Assembly: GCF_016591975.1 (NCBI RefSeq)
Contig: NZ_AP024169.1
Location: 3,777,295 to 3,809,294 of the forward strand
Direction: 5' to 3'
Length of the DNA stretch: 32,000 bases
Source: Anaeromicropila herbilytica
Lineage (GTDB): Bacteria; Bacillota; Clostridia; Lachnospirales; Lachnospiraceae
Part shown: piece after piece, positions 1 to 7,226 of the stretch
How positions within the stretch are numbered: position 1 is the first letter of the stretch
How the letters are laid out: each line of letters begins with the position of its first letter
The notes under the pieces: model-generated
Seen by the model: only the letters and a program-made list of their open reading frames with translations
What the model was told of the DNA's origin: nothing
Databases searched by the model: none
Translations under genes and position numbers: made by a program

Positions 1-1
1 T

Positions 2-2551
2 AATACTGAGATTGTGATACAGGTATCAAATTATTTATATGCATATAATGGAATCTTTTATCCAATTTACTTTGGTCCAGAAAAAGCAATAACTCATCAA
101 CGTATTTTAAGTGTACTTATTGATGGCTTTTTTATTATTGGCATGCTACTTATGTCTATCTACACTTTTGGAATTAGTTTTCAGAGAAAAAATAGAATTG
201 GATTACTTTTTTTCGCAGGATATTGCTTAGCTTCTGCTCTTTATAAGATGACATGTTCAGAAGTACTATTGAACTATTTATTTCCGAATATCTCGTTTAC
301 CTTTTGCTTTCAATTTCAAGCCTTCAGTATTCTAGCAGAATATTATCTTTTATTTTTATTTGCATATTATGCATTTAAAGTGCAATATAAAGGACTTAAA
401 AAGTTAGTTCACATCATAGCTTGTTTCTTCTTATGTTTAACACTTTTTACTAAATTTTATTTATGGAGTTATACATACATTCTCTTTTTTATAACTACCT
501 TATTGCTAATTATCTTAATAACTTATATCTTTTATAATCAGTTTCATATTGCTGTAATTGGAAAGACTCATTTGTATTTAGCAATGATCTGTTCCGTATT
601 ACTATTTATTGAATGCTTCTTTAATATTGTACTCGGTTTGGAATCTGACTATTTTCCTCCAATTGTACAGCCGATATTTGTTTTCGCTCTTTCTTTTTAT
701 ATGTCTGAAAATTATTCCGTTGCATTTGAGACAATTGAAACATTGAGTGCACGACTAACACAACTTGATAAGTTAAAAGATGACTTTTTAGCAAAGACTT
801 CACACGAATTAAAGACACCACTAAATGGTATTATTAATATATCTGAATCATTATTAGATGGTTCTGGTGGAACGTTAAACGAAGAACAATATGAAGATCT
901 ATCGCTCATTACTAATATAGGGAAACGCCTTTCCAATCTTGTATATGATATTTTAGATTATTCAAAACTTAAGAATGGTGCTCTCTCTCTTCACCTAACT
1001 ATTATTGATATCTACCCAGTAATCGACTCTACTCTAAATATCTTTCAATATCTAATAAAAGGGAAGATAATAGAATTTGATAACCAGGTGCCTTCCAATA
1101 CTTATTTTATCCTTGCAGACGAGAACCGATTTAAACAGATTGTTTTTAACCTTCTAGACAATGCCGTTAAGTTTACACCCAAAGGATCTATAACCATATC
1201 TGCATATTATGATAACTCAGAAGTATTTATAGCAGTCAAAGATACCGGAATCGGTATCCCAAGTTCTAAACTGGCAACTATATTTTATTCTTACGAGCAG
1301 CTTGAAATGAATGGTAACATATCAACTGGCGGTGTAGGTTTAGGACTCTCAATTACGAAACAATTAATTTCATTGCATAATGGTAGTATATTCGTAGAAT
1401 CAGATATAGGAAAAGGTAGTTGCTTTACCGTATCATTTCCTGCAAAAGCAAAGAATGAATTAACTCTAAAAGAAAAAGATGAGATCAATCCAAAAGTTGA
1501 TGATAATAATTTATCCAAAGAATATCATTTACCTTATTCAAAGCATATGAAAGGGAAAGCAAATATTCTTGTTGTCGATGATGAATATTCAAATCTTAAA
1601 TCCTTATTAAATGTACTTACCTTATGGAATTATAACGTAACCATAACGGATAATCCCAAAACAGCTCTTCAATTACTAATGAATAACCGGAGCTACGATC
1701 TTGTTATCTTAGATATTATGATGCCTTTTATGTCAGGATATGAAGTATGCAGACATTTAAGAATTAGATATAATTTTCTTGATCTTCCTATCCTAATACT
1801 CACAGCCAAGAATTCACCTATGGATATTCAAGCTGGATTTCATGCAGGAGCCAATGATTTTCTTGAAAAACCATTTGATTCAAAAGAGTTAGAATGTAGG
1901 GTAAATACTCTTATCCAACTAAAAAAATCAAAAGAATTATTGCTTGAGAGAGAAACTGCATTTTTACAGGCACAAATTAAACCACACTTTTTATTCAATG
2001 CATTAAACACCATCAACTCCTTTTGTTATAGCAATCCTGAGCAAGCTAGTAAGCTATTAATGGAACTTGGTGTATTCTTACGAGGTAGTTTTGATTTTAA
2101 AAGTACAGCAACTTATGTTACATTAGAAAAAGAACTTCGCTTAGTAAAGGCTTATGTTTCAATAGAAAAGGCACGATATGATAATAGATTGGAGATTGAT
2201 TATCAATACGATTCTTCCATTCTAAAGTACAGTATTCTTCCACTAACGATACAACCAATTGTTGAGAATTCCATCCGCCATGGTATTATGAAAAGAATTG
2301 GTGGTGGGCTTATTCAAGTCCGGATTACTACTGATCATGATGACATCTTTATTGAAGTATCTGATAATGGTATCGGAATGGATCAAACTATGATTTCTTC
2401 TCTACTAAGTGAAAAGCCAATTGGTGATGGTGTAGGCCTCTATAATATAAATTGTAGATTATTAAACTACTATAATACTTCTCTTAGAATTACAAGTAAT
2501 AAGGATCAGGGTACCCTTGTATCCTTTCACATACCCATGCAGATAAAATAA
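2..2551 (+). CDS. Hybrid sensor histidine kinase: 7TM sensor + HisKA/HATPase_c + receiver + second LytS/YesM-type His_kinase/HATPase core; probably 5'-partial
   Basis: About 7 hydrophobic helices in aa ~30-235 (7TMR-DISM-like). First kinase core: H-box 'SHELKTPL' (His codon 803-805) with N/G1/G2 boxes 'NLLDNAVKFT', 'DTGIGI', 'GGVGLGLSI'. Receiver: 'ILVVDDE...LVILDIMMP...ILTAK' (Asp codon 1712-1714). Second kinase core: 'QAQIKPHFLFNALNTI' (His codon 1985-1987) with 'ENSIRHG', 'DNGIGM', 'GVGLYNI'. The frame is open from nt 2, and the track's start at 14 is a GTG with no convincing RBS, so the true start is likely upstream of the window. Confidence 0.85.
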   Translation, partial: NTEIVIQVSNYLYAYNGIFYPIYFGPEKAITHQRILSVLIDGFFIIGMLLMSIYTFGISFQRKNRIGLLFFAGYCLASALYKMTCSEVLLNYLFPNISFTFCFQFQAFSILAEYYLLFLFAYYAFKVQYKGLKKLVHIIACFFLCLTLFTKFYLWSYTYILFFITTLLLIILITYIFYNQFHIAVIGKTHLYLAMICSVLLFIECFFNIVLGLESDYFPPIVQPIFVFALSFYMSENYSVAFETIETLSARLTQLDKLKDDFLAKTSHELKTPLNGIINISESLLDGSGGTLNEEQYEDLSLITNIGKRLSNLVYDILDYSKLKNGALSLHLTIIDIYPVIDSTLNIFQYLIKGKIIEFDNQVPSNTYFILADENRFKQIVFNLLDNAVKFTPKGSITISAYYDNSEVFIAVKDTGIGIPSSKLATIFYSYEQLEMNGNISTGGVGLGLSITKQLISLHNGSIFVESDIGKGSCFTVSFPAKAKNELTLKEKDEINPKVDDNNLSKEYHLPYSKHMKGKANILVVDDEYSNLKSLLNVLTLWNYNVTITDNPKTALQLLMNNRSYDLVILDIMMPFMSGYEVCRHLRIRYNFLDLPILILTAKNSPMDIQAGFHAGANDFLEKPFDSKELECRVNTLIQLKKSKELLLERETAFLQAQIKPHFLFNALNTINSFCYSNPEQASKLLMELGVFLRGSFDFKSTATYVTLEKELRLVKAYVSIEKARYDNRLEIDYQYDSSILKYSILPLTIQPIVENSIRHGIMKRIGGGLIQVRITTDHDDIFIEVSDNGIGMDQTMISSLLSEKPIGDGVGLYNINCRLLNYYNTSLRITSNKDQGTLVSFHIPMQIK

Positions 2552-2618
2552 AGATTCTTAAGAAGACTCATTAATGTTAAGATAACTTATTCCATTTTAC
2601 GATAGATAGGAGAATCCC

Positions 2619-3743
2619 ATGATAAAAGCAATTATCGTAGATAATGAAAAACCAGCAATACAAATATTAAAATTATTCTTAGAAAAGACAAATCAAATCG
2701 AAGTGATTGGTTGCTATTTAAACGCACCCAAAGCACTAGAAACTCTTATAACATTAGTGCCTGACGTTATTTTTCTTGATATTGATATGCCTCAAATGAA
2801 TGGCTTGGAGATGGCTGAAATCATTCAAAATCAAAATATTAATACAGAGATTGTATTTGTTACTGCATATAATCAATATGCACTTGATGCATTTCGTGTA
2901 AATGCTATTGACTATCTCTTAAAGCCACTCTCCATGGATGATATAGAAAAAACAGTAAAAAGGCTTAATAAAAGAATTATAACTACTCCATCTTTACCGA
3001 AAGTAAACAAAACGGCAAAAATTCATTGTTTTGGGAGACTCTTAGTGTATGGTTCTCCCGAAGATACCCCAATTAAGTGGAGAACTTCAAAAGCAGAGGA
3101 ATTATTTGCTTTTCTCTATCAAAACCGAGGCAATAGTGTACCTAAGACCGCAATCTGTAGTGCATTATGGAGTGATATTCCAGAGGATAAAGTAGATGTA
3201 TATCTCCACACTTCTATATATAAAATGAAAAAAGATCTACAAAGTTACCATATTCCTGTGGAGATAAAATTCAGTAATGGTTGTTATTATATGACGCTCC
3301 CTAATACATACAGTGATATAGAAGAATTTGATTCTATCATAGATTCTGATCTTCCTCTTGATTCTTCTACCCTCGAAAAATATGAGCGTGCGATCATTCT
3401 CTATAAAAATAATTATCTTGATAGCCATGAATACTTATGGTCTTTACCAACAAGAGAGCTTTATTATCAAAAATATCGTAACTTAATAAAACTTTTGGTA
3501 AATTATTATGTAAAAGAGAAAAATACAATAGCAATAGAGAAAATTATTAAACCATTATTAGAGAATTTTCCACTTGATGAATATGCTCATGAAACTTTAT
3601 TAAAAGTATATTATGTAAAAAAAGATCGTATTGCTTTTGTAACTCATTATAATCATATGCTTCGTTTGTATAAAAACAAATTAGGTATTACACCAAAACC
3701 TTCTATTGAAGCATTGTATAATAGTATTACAAAAAACACTTAA
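2619..3743 (+). CDS. Two-component response regulator, REC + SARP-like winged helix + BTAD (bacterial transcriptional activator domain)
   Basis: N-terminal receiver 'IIVDNE...VIFLDIDMPQMNG...VFVTAY...DYLLKP'. Middle 'KAEELFAFLYQNRG..VPKTAICSALW' looks like a winged-helix. The C-terminal helical-repeat region 'YERAIILYKNNYL...AHETLLKVYY...YNHMLRLYKNKLGITPKP' is typical of BTAD. RBS 'ataggaga' lies 6 nt before the ATG, 67 nt after the kinase stop. Confidence 0.8.
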   Translation: MIKAIIVDNEKPAIQILKLFLEKTNQIEVIGCYLNAPKALETLITLVPDVIFLDIDMPQMNGLEMAEIIQNQNINTEIVFVTAYNQYALDAFRVNAIDYLLKPLSMDDIEKTVKRLNKRIITTPSLPKVNKTAKIHCFGRLLVYGSPEDTPIKWRTSKAEELFAFLYQNRGNSVPKTAICSALWSDIPEDKVDVYLHTSIYKMKKDLQSYHIPVEIKFSNGCYYMTLPNTYSDIEEFDSIIDSDLPLDSSTLEKYERAIILYKNNYLDSHEYLWSLPTRELYYQKYRNLIKLLVNYYVKEKNTIAIEKIIKPLLENFPLDEYAHETLLKVYYVKKDRIAFVTHYNHMLRLYKNKLGITPKPSIEALYNSITKNT

Positions 3744-3755
3744 TATTTATTAATC

Positions 3756-3802
3756 AAAAAAGTCCTTAATTAGCATTTTTTACTAATTAAGGACTTTTTT
3801 GG
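3756..3802. terminator. Bidirectional rho-independent terminator between convergent genes
   Basis: Perfect 13-bp stem 'agtccttaattag' / 'ctaattaaggact' with a 9-nt loop. It is flanked by an A-run upstream and a T-run downstream. Confidence 0.8.
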
Positions 3803-3848
3803 TTTTTATGAATTTATTTATTTCACTTCATTTTCCTCCGCAATCTGT

Positions 3849-4586
3849 CTAATTGTTATGTTGAATATAATAATATAAATTTTCAACATATTGTTTTGCT
3901 TTCTCTTGGTCGGTTATCAGATCAAATGGATTATTTCCCGCTTCTATATACTGCTTAAAGAATGCTTTAATAACTTTATTTCTCTTTTCTCCACCTTCAA
4001 CATGATATTGGGCTCTAATTTGCTCAATCCTTTGTTTAATAACGCGATCAATGATTAGATCTTTATACCCAGTAATAATAATTGTAAATGAATCTCCTGT
4101 AAGAAATCTAAATTCTACACTATATACTCTTTGGTTTCCTTCTGACACACTTGCATAACAATAATATAATAAAAATTTAGGAATAAAATAGCCATTAATC
4201 TTATACCAATTTTCCGATTCCATAAAGCACTTATTCGGCAGATTAGATTCCGGTACACCCTTAAAATTTTGACTATTTATATGCTGTTTCAATACATTAT
4301 TAGGGATATACTGACTAATCCTTGGAACGCTTAACAATGGAGTTTTTATATATCTAATAAAGCTTGGAGACCATAACACAAGAATTATAACTATTACCAA
4401 TACACTTAAAAGTTCTTGTTGGTTTGATTTGATATCGATAGAATTTCCAGAAATATAATTGGAAACATAAACGATAATGTTATCTATTACATAAATTGCC
4501 AAGCACGAATATACCAAAAGACTTATAACTTTTTTTAAAGGATGTAGTTTTTTTAATTCGCATTCATTTACTGAATTATATGCCAT
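3849..4586 (-). CDS. Hypothetical membrane protein (two N-terminal TM helices + ~150-aa soluble domain); last gene of the toxin-like operon
   Basis: 245-aa ORF with strong RBS 'gaggaggaaac' upstream of the ATG. Hydrophobic segments are 'VISLLVYSCLAIYVIDNIIVYV' and 'LLSVLVIVIILVLWSP'. I recognise no family motif. Confidence 0.7.
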   Translation of the reverse strand: MAYNSVNECELKKLHPLKKVISLLVYSCLAIYVIDNIIVYVSNYISGNSIDIKSNQQELLSVLVIVIILVLWSPSFIRYIKTPLLSVPRISQYIPNNVLKQHINSQNFKGVPESNLPNKCFMESENWYKINGYFIPKFLLYYCYASVSEGNQRVYSVEFRFLTGDSFTIIITGYKDLIIDRVIKQRIEQIRAQYHVEGGEKRNKVIKAFFKQYIEAGNNPFDLITDQEKAKQYVENLYYYIQHNN

Positions 4587-4647
4587 CTTTTTAGTTTCCT
4601 CCTCTTTGTTCTCCTATCTTCTAATTTTTATTTATCCCTTTACCACT

Positions 4648-5100
4648 TTACTCTTCCCCTTTTTTCTCATATCCTACTTTAACTTGCATATAAGAAAAAC
4701 TATCATCACTAAAAATAACATGATACATAGGTGTAGTTTGATTTAAGGAAGACTGATTCATCAGTGTAAGTAGTGCTGAATATGCCAATTCTGTATCTTG
4801 CTCATAATCCTTCCATACAGTTGTAGACATCATATTCTCAACAGAATAATAAGAATGATAATACATAGTATCTGGCAGAGTGATATTTTCCTCTACTACT
4901 GGCATAAATAATTCAACTGACATAATCTCATCCATTGGAACGTTTTTCATTGAATAAAATAGTGGTCCATTTTTATGTAAATTTAATTTCTTTATTTCTG
5001 ATCCAAATTCATCTAATACTTCTTTCATATCATTATAATGAAAAGCGTAGTTTTTTGAAACAACATTGGTATAACGAATCGAATCTTTCAGATTAATCAT
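4648..5100 (-). CDS. Small soluble protein, paralogue of 5118-5561; possibly GyrI-like/DUF5085-like (candidate immunity protein)
   Basis: 150-aa ORF starting 17 nt after the upstream gene's stop. It shares motifs with its neighbour: 'NGPLFYSMKN' vs 'TGPMIYQMRN', and 'ELFMPV' vs 'TLFIPV'. The family assignment is from memory of size and pattern only. Confidence 0.7.
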   Translation of the reverse strand: MINLKDSIRYTNVVSKNYAFHYNDMKEVLDEFGSEIKKLNLHKNGPLFYSMKNVPMDEIMSVELFMPVVEENITLPDTMYYHSYYSVENMMSTTVWKDYEQDTELAYSALLTLMNQSSLNQTTPMYHVIFSDDSFSYMQVKVGYEKKGEE

Positions 5101-5117
5101 GTAGGTATCCTCATTTC

Positions 5118-5561
5118 TTACATCTTGATAATCGGTGCATAAATATCAACAATACTACCTCCAAACACTGGAAGATATATATTATAGAATGTTTCTTCAA
5201 GCTCCACACCAATCGATTGTGCTGTCATTTTTAATAATTCGTAGGAATCTTCAAAATCCTCATCCATATCAGAATGACGATAGGTTAATCCATCTTCGAA
5301 AGATAATGTATCCAAATAGAAGAATTTCTCATTTTCCTCCATATTAATCGGAGCATTCACAGGTATAAATAATGTAAATTCCTTCTTATCACTTTCCTTG
5401 ATATTCCTCATCTGATAAATCATTGGTCCTGTTGGATACAAACCATTTCTAATGATGGCATTACGTAATTCCTTTGATGCATTCATCCATTCATTTGATT
5501 CACATATTTCTTTTACGCTTATTACATGATGTAATATCAAAGAGCCTCTTTTAATCTTCAT
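5118..5561 (-). CDS. Small soluble protein, paralogue of 4648-5100 (candidate immunity protein)
   Basis: ORF 5118-5573. The first ATG (5573) is followed by 'ggaggtaatt' and then a second ATG (5561). The GGAGG is therefore better read as the RBS of the second ATG, giving 'MKIKRGS...'. Confidence 0.7.
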   Translation of the reverse strand: MKIKRGSLILHHVISVKEICESNEWMNASKELRNAIIRNGLYPTGPMIYQMRNIKESDKKEFTLFIPVNAPINMEENEKFFYLDTLSFEDGLTYRHSDMDEDFEDSYELLKMTAQSIGVELEETFYNIYLPVFGGSIVDIYAPIIKM

Positions 5562-5669
5562 AATTACCTCCATTTTGCAAATATTTCTAGAAGAATTTTA
5601 CAATTCATTAGAGCTTCTGTAAATCTATTCTATTAAATCTGTAATATATTTTCGTCTACTAACAATGTT

Positions 5670-6851
5670 CTAAAATATTCCACTTACGAAATTACATACA
5701 GAGTTATATCCGTTACTTAACCCCTCTTCTACTGCATCAACCGAGTTCTCAGCAAGCATTTTCACACCATCAACTAAACTATCACTTTGGTTATCTCCAT
5801 CAAAATCATATATCTCACAATTAATTGCCCAGTTAATTGCTGCTCCACTTGCTGCTCCAACAACTGTACCTACTGGAGGCACTATAAAGGAACCAATTGC
5901 TGCTCCTGCTGCTACTGCTCCTGCTCCTGTACCCAAATCTACCGCTGAATCTATAACAAATTTTTCTGTATTATCAGCGGAATATTCCCACTTTCCATCT
6001 TTATAAAAATTATCAACAAAATCACTACCTACGTCAAATGCAGTGGATGCTGCTCCTAAAAATTTTGCTGACTTTCCAAGCTTACCCAAGCCTTCATAAT
6101 CAGCTTTTTTAAATCCATCTGTTAATTCCTTAAATGTTAATCCATTCATCAGTTTATTTCCAAATATGTTCAATTTACTTTTTGATAAATTATCCATATA
6201 ATTACCCAACATTTTATAATCTACATTATCAAAGTAACGATTTTTTCCACGTGTAAATACATCGTTCCTTAAATCATATATATCTATCCCTCTATTTTTA
6301 AGTGTTCTCGTCAAATAATCTGTCCATGTAGTGGAACCACCGAGTAAATTGGTAAGACTATCACTTAATTCCCTGTTTGTCTTATCCGTTATTGCTTTGA
6401 TATATTTTACTCCATTGACTTCAAATGTTTCAAACCTTAAGCCACTACGAAGAATATCTAAGGCCTCTGCAAAGGATTTATCCTTAAATTGCCCAAAAGC
6501 ATTAAAGAAAAATTCAAAACCATCATTACCTTTTCCATTCTTCATTATATCATATATTTGTTTCCAGATTGGACTATATTGGGTTACAATGTCTTCTTCT
6601 GCTTCTTGATATTTGTTGATTGATTGCTTTAGAGTTTCTTTCATAGCATTCATACCTATCTGATATCGCTTCAGTTCATCTTCAATCTGCTTTAATTGCT
6701 CTCCTATACCACATTCAAAGCTGATAGATGAACGTATTCCACTTCTAACATCACCGACTCTTGTATGTAATTGTTCTAATGTCTTCTTATATTCATTTAG
6801 TGTATTAATTTCGACTACTAACTGTTTAATTTTAACTAACAGATCTTGCAC
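5670..6851 (-). CDS. Toxin-like protein: N-terminal helical hairpin (WXG100/LXG-like by appearance) + C-terminal glycine-zipper hydrophobic region
   Basis: 393-aa ORF with a GTG start preceded by 'aaggaggga'. The N-terminal ~95 aa are heptad-like and helical with a Gly-containing turn 'FECGIGEQ'. The C-terminal 'GTGAGAVAAGAAIGSFIVPPVGTVVGAASGAAINWAI' (about nt 5817-5954) has GxxxG repeats and is followed by an acidic tail. Confidence 0.75.
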   Translation of the reverse strand: MQDLLVKIKQLVVEINTLNEYKKTLEQLHTRVGDVRSGIRSSISFECGIGEQLKQIEDELKRYQIGMNAMKETLKQSINKYQEAEEDIVTQYSPIWKQIYDIMKNGKGNDGFEFFFNAFGQFKDKSFAEALDILRSGLRFETFEVNGVKYIKAITDKTNRELSDSLTNLLGGSTTWTDYLTRTLKNRGIDIYDLRNDVFTRGKNRYFDNVDYKMLGNYMDNLSKSKLNIFGNKLMNGLTFKELTDGFKKADYEGLGKLGKSAKFLGAASTAFDVGSDFVDNFYKDGKWEYSADNTEKFVIDSAVDLGTGAGAVAAGAAIGSFIVPPVGTVVGAASGAAINWAINCEIYDFDGDNQSDSLVDGVKMLAENSVDAVEEGLSNGYNSVCNFVSGIF

Positions 6852-6908
6852 AATTATCCCTCCTTATCCTTATTTTATCTTATCACAAACTATATTATTT
6901 GTGTTGAA

Positions 6909-6948
6909 TTCCTGACAGACGACATGTTTTCCTGACAGACAACATGTT
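6909..6948. repeat. Tandem direct repeat 2 x 20 bp (candidate operator)
   Basis: 'ttcctgacagacgacatgtt' (6909-6928) is immediately followed by 'ttcctgacagacaacatgtt' (6929-6948), with 1 mismatch. The pair lies 58-97 bp upstream of the GTG of the 5670-6851 gene, in the divergent intergenic region. Confidence 0.9.
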
Positions 6949-7121
6949 AAATACTTTTTTTGTATCTTTTAATACTATTTTAAAGCCATTTTATATCAGT
7001 GCTTGAACCTTTTACATTGTCGTAGTCATAACAAATCTGTGAATTAACTTATGATGTAAAATATATCTTAGTCCTATTCCAAGCCATCTCTTTGTTGAGT
7101 TTCATATCAACATTTCATTGT

Positions 7122-7150
7122 TTTACACTGTTCTACTTCTATGGTATGCT
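7122..7150 (+). promoter_or_regulatory. Putative sigma-A promoter for the XRE-FlhA_C-like gene
   Basis: 'tttaca' (7122-7127), 17-nt spacer, 'tatgct' (7145-7150) preceded by 'tgg' (extended -10 TGn). It lies about 77 nt upstream of the ATG. Confidence 0.35.
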
Positions 7151-7226
7151 ATCTACATGGAATTCCAAAATAATGAAAACAAGATATCTTATACAATAAG
7201 AAAATAACAATAAAGGAGTCACTGAC

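Noticed and set aside
5562-5573. Upstream ATG (5573) given by the ORF track as the start of the 151-aa protein.
   Set aside because: Its codons 2-3 spell GGAGGT, placed 5 nt before a second ATG at 5561. That sequence is better explained as the RBS for the second ATG. I annotated 5118-5561, and the difference is only 4 aa.
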